A DNA stretch of 64,000 bases from Felis catus (GCF_018350175.1 NC_058369.1:24802001-24866000), one strand, 5' to 3'. Counted from the stretch's first letter, positions 1 to 14,200 are shown. Numbers and translations are program-made. Notes: a model not told the origin generated them from the letters alone.

Positions 1-29
1 TTGTGTTTGTGTGGGGTTTTTTGTTTTGC

Positions 30-1400
30 TTTTCATTTAATATTTTTTAGATTCCACATGTAAGTGACTTCATATGGTATTTGTCTTTCCCATCTGACTT
101 ATTTTGCTTAGTATAATACCCTCTAGGTCCATGCATGTTAGTGCAAATGTCAAGATCTCATTCTTTCTTATGGTCGAAAAATATAGAATATGTATACACC
201 ACATCTTCTTTATCCATTCATCTACCTATGGATACTTCGGTTGCTTCCATATTTGGGCTGTTGTAAATAATGCTGCAATAAACATAGGAGTGCATATCTC
301 TCTTGTTTCCTCAGGCAGATACTCAGTAGTGGAATTATTGGATTGTATGGTAGTGCTATTTTTAGTTTTTTGAGGAAAGTTCATACTGTTCCGCAATGGC
401 TGTACCGATTTCCATTCTCACCAACAGTGTATGAAAGTTCCCTTTTTTCTACATCCTCACCAACACTTGTTATTTCTTGTCTTTTTGATATTAACCAGTC
501 TGAGCAATGTGAGATGGTATAATTATGGTTTTGATTTGCATTTCCCTGTCGTTGAGCATCTTTTCCTGTGTTTGTTGGTCATCTGTGTCTTTGGAAAAAC
601 CTCTATTTGAATCTTCTGCCCTTTTTTTAAAAAATCAAGTTATTTGAGGTTTAGGTTGTTGTTGTATAACTTCTGTATGTATTTTAACTCTTTTTCACAT
701 ACATTGTTTATAGATAACCTTCGCATTCAGTAAGTTGCCTTTTGTGGATGGTCAGAAGTATTTTATTTTGATGTAATCCCAACAGTTTATTTTTACTTTT
801 GTTTCTGTAGCTTGAGGAGACATATCTAGAAAATTGTTGCTAAGGCCAGTGTCCAAAAGGTTACTACCTATGTTTCTTTAAGGAGTTTTATGGTTTTAGG
901 TCTTACAATTTAGATCTGTAATCCATTTTGAGTTTATTTTTGTGTATGGTGAAGGAAGTGGTCCAGTTTCATTCTTGTGCTTGTAACTGTCCAGTTTTCC
1001 CAGCACTATTTGTTGAAGTGACTTCTTTTTCCCATTGCATATTCTTGCCTCTGTTGTAGATTAGTTGACCATATTAAGCATGGTTTTATTCCTGGGCACT
1101 CTATCCTCTTTGATCTCTGTCTGTTTTGTGCCATTACTATCCTATTTTGATTACTAAAGCTTTGTAGTATATATACTTCAAATCTGAGATTGTGATACCT
1201 TTAGTTTTGTTCTTCTTTGTCAAATTACATTGGCTATTTGGGATCCTTTGTGGTTCCATACAAGTTTTAGGATTATTTGTTCTAGTTCTGGGAAAAATAC
1301 TATTGGTGTTTTGATAGGGACTGCATTGAATCTGTAGATTGCTTTGGATAGAATGGACTTTTAGCAGTGTTAATTCTTCCAGCCCATGAACATGGTAATA
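30..1400 (-). mobile_element. LINE-1 3' fragment (3' UTR and ORF2 3' end), degenerate
   Basis: Typical antisense L1 motifs: gattccacatgtaagtga...ggtatttgtct, ttgatttgcatttccctg, ccagttttcccagcac, gcattgaatctgtagattgcttt. Confidence 0.88.
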
Positions 1401-1434
1401 TTTACATTATAAATAATATTTTAGAGTAAAAAAT

Positions 1435-1637
1435 TGATTTTTTTAAGCTTATTTATTTTGACAAAGAAAGCATGTTTGAGTGGGGGAGGGGCAGAAAGAA
1501 GGGGAGAGAGAAGCCCAAGCAGGCTCCATAAGCAGCGCCGAGCCTGATGTAGGGCTTGATCTCACAATGGTAAGATCATGACCTGAACCAAAATCAGGAG
1601 TCTGATGCTTAACTAACTGAGCCACCCAGGTACCCCA
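1435..1637 (-). mobile_element. CAN-SINE (tRNA-derived)
   Basis: Antisense T-tail, GA tract and tRNA-like head (...gagccacccaggtacccc). Confidence 0.88.
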
Positions 1638-2019
1638 GTAAGAGTCTTTTCAAAAAGAGTAGATCTCTGGTTGGCTAGGAAAACATCTCTGTTAAGTGGC
1701 ACAGATAGCCTAGGTATGGTTGTGTCAAGTACCATGTCATACAGTGACATTTGATTGCCAAGGATTTGGGAGGTTTGGAGAAGAGCCTTAGAGCCTTTTC
1801 TCTGGAGCTGGGAGATGGGTCTAAGAGCCTGCATTTTCTTGATTTTTCCCATTTGCAGCCTTCACTCCACACTTAGCTGATGAAACAGCATATGGTCGGG
1901 GTTCTAATTTGATTATGTTGAATAGGCTGAGCTAACTACTCCTATGAAATAACTGTATACATGAAAAAAAATCTAAGTATCGTGTGCTTGAATTGCAAGA
2001 AGTGGCCATAAACCTTATA

Positions 2020-2261
2020 GGTTTTTTTTGTTTTTATTTAAAAAAATTTTTTTAATGTTTATTTAGTATTGAGAGAGAGAGAGAGGGGGACAGCACAAGC
2101 AGAGGAGGGCAGAGAGAGAGAGAGGGAGACAGAATCCAAAGCAGGCTCTAGGCTCCGAGCTGACAGCACAGAGCCTGCCTGATGCGGGGCTCAAACTCAC
2201 AAACTGTGAGATCATGACCTGAGCCAGAGTCGCTTAACTGACTAAGCCCCCCAGGTGCCCC
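2020..2261 (-). mobile_element. CAN-SINE (SINEC_Fc type)
   Basis: Antisense consensus; flanking ataaacctt TSD-like repeat. Confidence 0.9.
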
Positions 2262-2589
2262 GTATAAACCTTGTGTCCTACATCTTAATCTATTTTTACT
2301 CTCAATGGAATTCTGATGGAATTGACCATTGGTTTTAGAAGCTTTCAAAACTTTATTATAAATTTGAGTGGGTAAAAGGGTTCTTAAATTTGTGATCTAA
2401 TACAGATAAAAAGATATTAAATACAGAGAAAAGATACTAAAATGTGAGCTTCAAAAGGGAAGGAACTTTGCCCAGACTGTTCTCCCAATATCTTGAATAG
2501 TGTCTGACACATAGTAGCTTATCTACTCAGAAATGTCAAGTCTGTACGTGTTTGATAATTGTATTTAATACCTTTGTGCACCTCAATAG

Positions 2590-2734
2590 GAAATCATGGC
2601 TCTCAAGACAAATGAGCTATTCCAGACAATGCAAAGAGCACAAGAGCTAGCACAGAGACTGAAACAGGAACAGAGAATCCGAGAATTGGCTCAAAAGGGA
2701 CATGACACTTCTGGATTGATTAAAAATCTTGGCG
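2590..2734 (+). CDS. CCDC66: CCDC66 internal exon (EIMALK...IKNLG)
   Basis: caatag|GAA acceptor, GGCG|gtaagc donor, 145 nt, ends in phase 1. Confidence 0.92.
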
Positions 2735-5194
2735 GTAAGCGCTTCACTAGTATTTTACTTATGGGGTGCCTGGGTGTCTCAGTCGGTTGAGAGTCCATCC
2801 AACTCTTGATCTTGGTTTACTTCATGACTCACATTTCATGGAATTGAACCCTGCGCTGGGCTCGGTATTCTTTCTCTCTCTCTCTCTCTGCCTCTCCCCT
2901 GCTCATGCACCACGCTCTCTCTAAATAAATAAACTTAAAAATAATAAAATAATTAAAAAGAATTTTACTTATAGTATCTTTTGAAGATGCTTTTAAGTAA
3001 TTTCTTATTTTTAGTGCCTTTAACACCCCTATTAACTAAATGTTTTTTAAGGAATTTCAGACTTTGAGCTATTGGAACTCTATAATGCTTATTTTATTTG
3101 AGAAATCACCTTAAGAGTATACTAAATGTTACATTTTCTAGTAATCTTAAATTCTCTTTATGTTTTGCTCACAGTAGGGAAAATGTTTGCTTTTTTACCC
3201 AGTTTTTGGAGGAATATATTAAGTGATCTCCCTAAAATTCAATAACAGATTAAAATGCAGGTAATTTTTTGTAAGAAACTTTAGGAGAGCCCTTTTAAAT
3301 TTGTATTGCAGTGTTCACACTTCCTGATTACACCAAACGTCTTCTTTGTATTTAGTTGCCGCTGTACATAATTTCTGTTAACATTTCTGAAGTGTCATTA
3401 TGTTGGATAACATATTTCTCTTGTCAGTTAATACAAGTGGAATATAATGAATCTACTAACAACATTTCAAATTTAGGACATGGCTTGGATGACGTCAGTG
3501 ATAAAATGAATATATGTATCAATTCTACAACCTCTCCCAAAAAGGACACTGCTGTGCAAACAGGTATTTGTTTAAAAGTTGTGATTTGGTTTAAGATTTA
3601 CTTAAAATTAACATCACAGTTAGAATTAAGCTCAATTTAAAATAGAGCTCAGTTAAAAAATGAAAGGAATTCAAGGTTTTCAGTAAGAATAAGAAAATAA
3701 AAGGATCTCTTGGCTTTTCATTTCTTTGTAACAGCTTTATTGAGATATAACTCAGATAACATAAAATTACCTCTTTTAAAGAATACAATGCAATGTGTCT
3801 TTTCTAGAGTACAATTAGAGTATATTTAGAGTTGTGCAACCATCTCCACAATTTTAGAACACTTTTATAACTCCAGAAAGAACCTCTGTATTCATCAGCA
3901 GCTTTTGTCCACTTCCTCCCTCCTCTCTAGTCATAGGCAACCACTAATCTACTTTCTGTTACTCTAGATTTGTCTGTCCTAGACATTTCATATAATTGGA
4001 ATCATACCATATGTGGTGTTTTGTGTCTGGATTATTTCTTTGCATAATGTTTTAAGGTTCAGCATGTTATAGCGTGTACTTCATTCTTTTTTATCATTGA
4101 ATAATATCCCATTTTGTGCATATACCACATTTTGTTTATTCCTTCATCAGTTGATGGACTTTTTGGTTAATTACACTTTTTAATTACAGATATGCTATGA
4201 ACACTCATGCAGAAACTGTATTTTCAGGTTTCCTGGGAGAAAAGAGTAACATTGCTGAGTCATATATAACCAACTTTATGTTTAGCATTTGAGGAACTAC
4301 AAAACCATTTTCCAAACAACTGTATCATTTTATATTTCCATCAGCAGTGTATGAGGGTTTCAGTTTTTCTGCATGTTCCCCTGCACTTATTCTCATGGTA
4401 GTGAAGTGGTATGTCATTGTGGTTTTGATCTGCATTTACCCAGTGACTAATGATGTTGAACATCTTTTTTATGTGTTCATTTTAAATTTTAAAAAGTTGA
4501 TAAGGTAATATCCATGTTGGATATTATTATCATAGATCTCCATGCTTACTGTGAATCCTTTCCCCTTTATTTATCTTTCTAGGAAAATTTTTTTTTATAT
4601 AATTGTTTTAATGTTTAATTTTGAGAGAGAGAGAGTGTGTGCACGGGAGCGTGCGCGGGGGAGGGGCAGAGAGAGAGGGAGACACAGAATCCAAAGCAGG
4701 TTCTGGGGTCTGAGCTGCCAGCACAGAACCCGACATGGGGCTCGAACTCACTAACTGTGAGATCATGACCTGAGCCGAAGTCAGACACTTAAGCGAGTGA
4801 GCCACCCAGGCGTCCCTCTTCCTGGGAATTTTTTATGAACTTGCAGGAAACCCCTTTATCTTTTCACCTTTTTAAATTGAGATATAGTTGACATACAACA
4901 TTTTTTCAGTTGTACAATAGTGATTCTATATTTGTATATGTTGAAAAATGATCACAGTAAATCTAATTAGCAGTTTCACCATCGATTACAGAATTTTTTC
5001 TTGTGATGAGAACTTTTAAGATTTACTCGCAACTTTCAAATATAGAATTATTTTGAACTATAGTCACTGTGTTGTACATTACATCCCAAGACATATAACT
5101 GGAGTTTGTACCTTTTGACCGTTCACCCATTTTGCCCTTCCTTTTACACCAACTGCTGCTCTTGGCAACAGTATCTGTACCTATGAGCTTCTGG

Positions 5195-5239
<45 letters not shown>

Positions 5240-8200
5240 TTTTGACTATGCATGTTTTTTTAAGATTCCACATAGAATAAGATCATTATGGTATTTGTCT
5301 TTCTCTTTTTTCACTTAGCATAATACTCTCAGGGTCCATCCGTGTTGTCACAAATGGCAAGATTTCATTTGTTTTTATGGCCTGATAATATTCTTGTGTG
5401 TGTGTGTGTGTGTACACACACTACATTTTCTTTATATTTGTCCGACACTTAATGTTGCTTCCGTGTCTTCACTATAGTAAATAATGCTGCAGTGAACATG
5501 GGAGTGTATGTATCTTTTTGAGTTAGTGTTTTTGTTTCTGTCAGTTAAATACCCTGAAGTAGAATTGCTGGATCATGTGGTAGTTCTACTTTTAATTTTT
5601 TGAGAAACCTTTGTACTGTTTTCCATAGTAGAAATGTACCAATTTATAATTCTCACTAACAGTGCATGAAAATTCCCTTTTTTCCGCATCCTTGCCAACT
5701 CTGGTCATTTCTTGTCTTTTTGGTACTCCCATTCTGATTGGTTAAAGGCCATGTCTCACTGTGTTTTTTATTTCCTGATGGTCAGTGGTGTTGAGTATCT
5801 TTTCATGTAGCTGTTGGCCATCAGTAGGTTGTCTTTGGAAAATCATTCAGTTCTTCTGCCCATTATTTATTTATTTGTTATTGTTTCATTAAAAAAAATG
5901 TTAATGTTTATTCTTGAGAGAGAGACAGAGACAGAGTGTGAGTGGGGGAGGGTCAGAGAGAGAGGGAGACACAGAATCTGAAGCAGGCTCCAGGCTCTGA
6001 GCTGTCAGCACAGAGCCTGACGCGGGGCTCAAACTCACAAACTGTGAGATCATGACCTGAGCCGAAGTCAGACGCCTAACCGACTGAGCCCTCCCAGGTG
6101 CCCCTGTCCATTTTAAATCAGATTATGTTTTTGCTTTTGCTATTGCATTGTATGAGTTCTTTGTATTTTGGATATTAACCTCTTATCAGATACATTGTTT
6201 GCAAATATTTTCTTCCTTCAGTAGGTTGCCTGTTCAGTTTTTTGATGGTTTCTTTTGCCCTTTGCTATGAAGAATGTTTTTAGTTTGATGTAGTCTCGTT
6301 TACTTTTACTTTTGTTGCCTTTGCTTTTGGACTCAGATTCAAAATATCATCGCCAAGACCAGTGTCAAGGAGTTTAATGCCTGTGTTTTTATTTTTAGGA
6401 GTTTTATAGTTTTAGGTCATACATTCAAGTTTTTAATCCATTTTGAGTTAATTTTGGTGTATAGTGTAAGATAGTGGTCTGGTTTCATTATTTTGCAATT
6501 GACTGTCCAGTTTTCCCAGCACTATTCATTGAAGAGACTGTCCTTTCCCTATTATGGATTTTTTGGCTCCTTTGTTGTCAATTAAATGACTGTATAAGCA
6601 TGGGTTTATTTCTGGGCGCCCAGTTCTTTTGATCTGTATCTGTTTTTATGTCAGTACCTTACTCTTATGATGACTATAGCTTTGTAATATAATTTGAAAT
6701 CAGGTGGTGTAATGCCTCCACCGTATTCTTTTTCAAGCTTACTTTGGCTATTTGGGGTGCTTTTGTAGTTCCATAGAAATTTCGGCATTGTTTATTTCTG
6801 TGAAACATGCCATTGGAATTTTGATAGGGATTGCACTGAATTTGCAGATTGCTTTGGACAGTACAGACATTTTAAGAATGTTATTAATTCTTCCAGTGAG
6901 TATGGAATATCTTTTCCATTTGTGTATTCTTCTTCAGTTTCTTTTAGTAACATCTTAGAGTTTTCAGTGTGCAGGTCTTTCACCTCCTTGGTTGAATTTA
7001 TTCCTAGGTATTTATTTTTGATGCAATTGCAATGGGATTGGTTTCTTAATTTCTCTAATAGTATTAGTGTATAGAAATGCAACACATTTTTGTATATTAA
7101 TTTTATGTCCTGCACCTTACAGAATTTGTATTTTTCTGACAGATTTTGGTAGAGTCTTTAGGATTTTCTGTGTATAATATGTCATCTGCAAATAGTGACA
7201 GTTTTACTTCTTCCTTTCCAGTTTGGATGCCTTTTATTTTGTTTTTCTTGCCTAATTGCAGTGACTTGGATTTCCAGTACTATGTTGAATAACAGTGGGG
7301 AGAGTAGACATCCTTATCTTGTTCTTTATCTTAGAAAAAACTTTCACCTTTTCACTGCTGAGTGTGATGTTAGCTGTTTACTTGACATATATGGCCTTAT
7401 TATGTTGAAGTGTATTCCCTCTATACTCTCTGTATAAGAGTTTTTATCATAAATGGATGTTGAGTTTTGCTTTTTCTGCATCCATTGATATGATCTTTAT
7501 CTTTCATTTTGTTAATAAGTTGTATCTCATTGATTTATTTGCAGATGTTGGAACATCCTTGCATCCCTGGAATAAATTCTACTTGATCATGGTGTATGAT
7601 CTTTTTAATGTATTGTTGAATTCTGTATGCTGATATTTTGTTGAGTTTTTTGCATCTATATTTGTCACGGGTATTGGCCTGTACTTTTCTTGTGGCATTC
7701 TTCTCTGATTTTAGTATTGGGGCAATGCTGGTCCCATAAAATGAGTTTGGAAGTGTTCCCTCTTCTGTTTTTTGGAGTAGTTTGAGATTGGTTATTAATT
7801 CTTTGAATGCAGGGTAGAATTCACTAGTGATTCCATCTGGTCCTGGACTTTTGTTTATAGGGAGGTTCTTTTTTTTTTTTAATTTTTTTATTTTTATTTT
7901 ATTTTATTACTGATTCTCCTTACTAGTAATAGGTCTGTTCACATTTTCTATTTCTGCATCATTTAGTCTCGATAGGTTGTATGTTTCTAGGAATTTATCC
8001 ATTTGTTCTAGGTTGTCAAATTTGTTGGTGTGTAGTTGTTCATAGTAGTCTTATGATCCTTTGTATTTCTGTGGTGTCAGTTGTAATGTCTCCTCTTTCC
8101 TTCTGATTTTTGAATCCTCATTTTTCTTGATGATTCTAGCAAAAGTTTGTCAGTTTTGTTTATCTTTTCCAAAAATCAGCTCTTAGTTTCACTGATACTG

Positions 8201-11200
8201 TCTATTGTTTTTATAGTCTCCACTTCCTTTTTTTCCCCCTCTGATCTTTGTTATTTCCTTCCTTGTACTGAATTTGGTTGGTCTTTTTTTTCCTTGAGAT
8301 TTAAAGTTATGTTGCTTATTTTTCTTGTTTCTTGATGTAGGCATTTATCACGATGAACTTCACTTCCCTCTTAGAACTGCTTTTACTGCATCCTATAAGT
8401 TTTGATGTTGTATTTCCATTTTAATTTGTCTCGACATTTTTTTATTTCTCTTTTGATGTTTGGACTCCTTGATTTAATCTCCACACATAATTATGAATTT
8501 TCCAGTTTTCTTCATGTAATTATTAATTTCTCGTTTCATATCATTGTGGTTGGGAAAACTGTGTGTAGATATTAATTGAAATTTCATGAATTTATTTTAT
8601 TAAGACTTGTCTTGTGGCCTAACATGATCTAGCCTGGAGAATGTTCCATGTGTACTTGTGAAGAATGTGTTTTCTGTTGCTTTTTTTTTTTTTTTTTAAT
8701 TTTTTTTTTCAACGTTTATTTTTGGGACAGAGAGAGACAAAGCATGAACGGGTGAGGGGCAGAGAGAGAGGGAGACACAGAATCGGAAACAGGCTCCAGG
8801 CTCTGAGCCATCAGCCCAGAGCCCGACGCGGGGCTCGAACTCACGGACCGCGAGATCGTGACCTGGCTGAAGTCGGACGCTTAACCGACTGCGCCACCCA
8901 GGCGCCCCTTCTGTTGCTTTTAGATTGAATGTTCTGAATATATGTGTGAAGTTCATCTGGTCTAACATTTAAGGCCTTTGTTTTTTTACTTTCTGTTTGG
9001 ACGATCTATTCACTGATGTATGTGGGGTTTTAAAGTTTCCTGTTGTTGTACTGCTGTTTATGCCTGTTAATACTTGCTTTATATATATACATGTATTTAG
9101 GTGCTCACGTGTTGAGTGTATAAATATTTACAAATGTTACATTCTCTTGTGGATTGACCTCTTTATCAGTATGTAATGCCCTTCTTTGTCTCTTTATTGT
9201 AGTCTTTGTTTTAAAGTCCATTTTGTTTGATATAAGTGTGGCTACCTTCAATTTCTTTTATTGTCCATTTGCATGGAACATCTTTTCTCATCCCTTATTT
9301 TCAATCTGTATGTGTCCTTCTGAAGGGAGTCTCTTTATAGGCAGCATTTAGATAGGTCTTATTTATTTATTTTTTTTTATCCATTCACCCATTCCATGTC
9401 TTTTGATTTGGAAAATTCAGTACATTTACATTGAAAGGAATTATTGGCAGGTGTATATATATTGCCATTTTTTTCATTGTTTTCTAGTTCCTTTCTGCTT
9501 CTCTTCCTTTGTTTTGATGACTTTAATGGTATTAGATTCTTTTCTTGATCTTTTGTGACTCTGTCCTTTGTGTATCTACTGTAGGTTTTTACTTTGTGGT
9601 TAACATTAGGTTTACATACAGTGTAACTTAGAACAGTGTGTTTTAAGTTGGTAACAATTTAAGTTTTAACATATTCTAAAGCTCTACGTTTTTACCCCCC
9701 TCCCTCATATTTTGCTTCTGGTGGCACATTTTGCATCTTTTTATCTTTTGTATCCCTAACTAGTTATTCCAGTTATGGTGATTTTTATTACTTCAGTGTT
9801 TTAAAAATTTTTTTTTTATGTTTATTCATTTTTGAGAGCGAGTGTGAGCAGGGATGGGGCAGAGAGAGGAGACACAGAATCTGCAGCAGGCTCCAGGCTC
9901 CGAGCTGTCAGCACAGAGTCCAACGTGGGGCCTGAACTCATGAACCGTGAGATCATGACCTCAGCCGAAGTTGGATGCTTAGCCTACTGAGCCACCCAGG
10001 TGCTCCTATTGTTTCAGGGTTTCAACCTTTAGACTGGTCTTATAAATGATTAAGCTACTACTTTTATTTTGTATTAATGTTTACTAGTGAGATTTTTAGT
10101 TTTCCATTTGTTGTTGATTAGTGTTTGTTTTACATTCCTTTTAAGTCTGGTTTAGTGGTGATGAACTCTTAATGTTTTGCTTGTCTAGAAAGTAAATTCT
10201 TTAATTCTGAATGATAACTTTGCCACGTACATTATTCCTGGTTGGAAGTTTTTTCTTTTGGCACTTTGAATATATTGAGTCACTGCCTTCTAGCCTACAG
10301 AATTTCTGCTGAAAAATTTCATGTAGTCTTTAGGAGGATTCCTTGTATGTAACAAGTTGTTTTCTCACCATTTTTAAGATTTGCTCCTTGTCTTAAAGTT
10401 TTAACATTTTAATTATAATGTATCTTTGTGATGGTTTCTTTGTTTTTATCTAATTTTGAATTCTCTGGGCTTCCTGTATCTGTATATCTATTTCTTCTCC
10501 AGGTTAGGAGATGTTTTTTTCTCCTAGAAGTTTTCTGCCCCTTTCTCTTCTTCCAGGATTCCATCATATAATGTGAATATTAGTCTGTTTGATGTTGTCC
10601 CATAAGTTCCTTGAGCTATCTTCACTTTTATTTGTTTTTGAGTTCACTGATCCTTTTTTCTGCTTCATCTTGTCTGCTGTACCCTTCTAGTGTATGTTTC
10701 AGTACAGTTATTCTGTTCCTCAGCTCTGTGACTTCTGTTTGGTACTTTGATACTTACATTTATTTTCTTTTTGAAGTTTTCCTTGCTTATCCATTCTTTT
10801 GAGTTCTGTGAGCATCTTTATCATTACTTTGAACTCTGTCAGGTAAATTACTTCTATTTTTTTTTTTTAAGTTTGTTTATTTTGAGGGGCACCTGGGTGG
10901 CTCATTAAGTTGGGCATCCTACTTTGGCTCAGGTCATGAACACAGGTCTGTGCTGGCAGCTCAGAGCCTGGAGCCTGCTTCAGATTCAGTCTCCAGCTCT
11001 CTCTGACCCTCTCCCGCTCGTGCTCTGTCTCTCTCTTGCTCTCAAAATATAAACTTAAAAAAATTTTTTTTAAGTTTATATTTTGAGAGAGAGAACCCGT
11101 GGGGGAGGGGCAGAGAGAGGGGACAGAGGATATGAAGCAGGCTCTTTGCTGAAAGCAGTGAGTTTGAGCCCTGTGTCAGGCTCTGTGCTGACAGCTCGGA

Positions 11201-14200
11201 GCCTGGAGCCTGCTTCAAATTCTCTGTCTCCCTCTCTCACTGCCCCTAGCCTGTTCATGCTCTCTCTCTCAAAAATAAACATTAAAAAAAAAAAGGGGGG
11301 GGGGAGGGGGGATTGAGTGTGCCAAGACCGGGTCAGTGCCCTAGAGGGGAATATCTCAGTCAGCACCTAGATTCAGGCTGAGTGGAAGCCAGACCTTCAG
11401 GCATCAGCTTTTAACGTATAAAAGCATATACAGGGGCGCCTGGGTGGCGCGGTCGGTTAAGCGTCCGACTTCAGCCAGGTCATGATCTCGTGGTCCGGGA
11501 GTTCGAGCCCCGCGTCGGGCTCTGGGCTGATGGCTCAGAGCCTGGAGCCTGTTTCCGATTCTGTCTCCCCCTCTCTCTCTGCCCCTCCCCCGTTCATGCT
11601 CTGTCTCTCTCTGTCCCAAAAATAAATAAACGTTGGAAAAAAAAAAAATTTAAAAGCATATACAGTCCCAACAGGATCACAAGCAGAAGCACACCTGGCC
11701 TCCAGAGCCAGGTGATCAAGGGGCACCCTGCACATAGCAGCTGCAGAAACCAGGGCACAAAACATAAAATCCCGGGCAACAGACATGTATAAGGAGATAT
11801 TGGGACCGTGGAACAGGACAGAGGAAGAACGTGAAGATGACACCTGCTGGTTGGAGTGAGGTAGACAGGAGTGGATGGAGGAAGGTCTCTAAAGATAGCA
11901 TCTGCCAGGGGTGCAGGGGATACCTAGAGTTTTAAATGAAGGTAGTACTTCCCAGCCTTAGTTCCCTGGAACAGTATCCCAGCAGGTCCCCAGATGTGTG
12001 TTGTTAGATGCCTGCCCCTCACTTTATGTGAAAGAGGCTAATCTACTTATATTACACTCTGGGCACTATTGGCTACCTCTGCACTGGGCCCTTGGTCAAG
12101 TGAGTCTACACAACAACCCTTTAAAAGCCATTTCTTCCCTCCACTATAGCTTGGTGGGTCTCATGGGCTTGAGCCTGTTGGCTTTCAAAGCAAGGTGTTT
12201 TGGGGGCTCATTTCTCAAGTGCAGGTCTTAAAAGTTGGAGTGCCTGATGTAGGGTTCAAACCCATCGCACCTTAGGGAGCCGCTCTGGGTTACTAACTTA
12301 CCTACTTAAGCCACTTGCTTACTTAAAATTATTCTGCTTATGAGCTCTTGGTATTTTTTGATACTTCACTCTTAAGCTTGAAGAATCTGGTTCAGTCCCA
12401 TCCCTAGGTCCAGATAAATTACTAAGTTATATAAATCCTACACATTAAGGGAAAGTGAAAATAAGTTTTTAAAATAATGAAACTATGTGACTTTTCACTG
12501 AGCAACTCTAAATAAGGGAATTCAATCAGTCAGAGTCCCAAAATAGAATAATTCAAAATGGTTTATGTAGGAAGGGAGTATTTCTAAAGGACAGTCAGAG
12601 ATTCAAAGGAGAATTGGAGGTAGTGCATATATCAGATTTATGGGAACCAGAGAGGGTGCATGACTCTTGTGCTAGGTAGTAACTAAACTGATTACCGGAA
12701 CCTAGAAGACAGAAGTTGTGTCCGAGGGAACTTTGAGGGGAATGATGAACTATGGTAAAGGGACAGAGTCAGCCTCAGGTCAACCAAGAGAATGAGCCAG
12801 TGGAGTAAATATCCTGATTTCATTCTGTTCCCTCCCTTTACTCTGCTTGTGAACTCTGTTGACTGAAGCCAGAGGATCAGGAACCCATTAATACAGTTCA
12901 TACCAGTCAGCTTGCCAGGGTAGAAAAAGGTGTTAAGTGGGTACAGAGTGGCAAAAGAAGATACCCACTATGAGAGTGATGCAGGCTGGGCAGCCTTACT
13001 ATGGATTGGTCCTAAAGCATGTCCAGCCTGGAATAACACACCTAGTAAGTGTGCAAAATAAGAGAGCAATAGCTAGAGTTAATTTTTTTTAATGTGAACA
13101 CAAACCTTTTTTCATGACCTAATTATGTATTTAAAATTTTAATCTTGAGTGAAAGAAAACCTTTTAAAAGATTGTTCAACTGGTCCCATAGCTGTTACAG
13201 CTGAACACATCACTAAACATGTAAGTTGTAAAATTTCAGATGTTTTTTTGAGTGAACTGTTCCTGACATTGTGTGTCATTCAGGGATGATCTGCAGGCCA
13301 AGTATAATGGTATATGAGATCTATAGATCTAAATACACAAAATGCAATGTGACTTTTATCAGTAGCAACATTTCCCTAAAAATTTGGTTCCAAGGAGGGA
13401 GGTATAAAAGAAATTTTCCCAGCACTTTTAGGGTGAAGACAGAAGGACATTTTCCAGATCCTGTATATTTTTGTATGTTGTTAATTTCAAAATAAGTTAC
13501 CAGAAAAACTTAACATCTCAGAAGAAATTTTTTACATTGCTTTTGTGGCACTTTTGTCAGTTACTGTTATAGGGAAAATTAAATTAAGAGTTTTGCTCAG
13601 AAATACACTTAGATGTAGAAGATGATATTACATACGGCTTCTGTATATTCTAAATGAAAACCAGGACAGTCCTGTGAAAAGTTTTGTTTAAAAAATGGTC
13701 TATATTATGTGATGCTAAGAATGAATCAGCTTAAGTTTCGATCCATGCTGTGGCATGGGTGACCAAGGAATTATGCTGAGTAAATAAGCTGAGCATAGGG
13801 TTGGGGAGGAGTGCACAGACACACAAATATTACATAGTTCCACTTATGTGAGGAATCTTGGGTGGGGTGGACACATTCATAGAGATGGAAAATAGAGGTT
13901 GCTGGGGGTTGAGAGTGGAGTGTGGAGTTACTGCTTAGTGTATACAGGGTATGTTTGGGGTAATGAAAGGGTCTGAAATTGTGCAGCCCTGTGGGTATGC
14001 TTGCTGCAGTGAATGGTACACTTAAAAATGGTTGAATGGAAGATTTGGAGAAATTGGAACACTTGTGCACAGTTGGTGGTAATGTAAAATACTATGTAGT
14101 CACTATAGAAAACATAAAGAATTTCCTCAAATAATTCAAAATACAATTGCCATATGATTCAGCAGTTCCCCTTCGGGGTATATACCCTGAAGTCTTGAAG

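Larger units (their letters stand above)
4870..12290 (-). mobile_element. Near full-length decayed LINE-1, antisense in the CCDC66 intron, interrupted by several SINEs
   Basis: Continuous antisense L1 from the 3' end (4870) through ORF2-like sequence (- strand fragment [21 protein letters not shown] at about 6800-7100) to 5'-UTR-like sequence at about 11300-12290; ORFs broken. Confidence 0.85.

Noticed and set aside
6792..7115. L1 ORF2-like peptide
   Set aside because: Fragment of a decayed L1 with frameshifts; not an active reverse transcriptase.
8665..8968. Short ORFs such as ...[26 protein letters not shown] (also near 4542, 11404, 47444, 53954, 58055)
   Set aside because: Translations of CAN-SINE sequence, not genes.
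11433..11520. tRNA-like sequences with A and B boxes
   Set aside because: SINE heads followed by CT tract, A-tail and TSD; not functional tRNAs.
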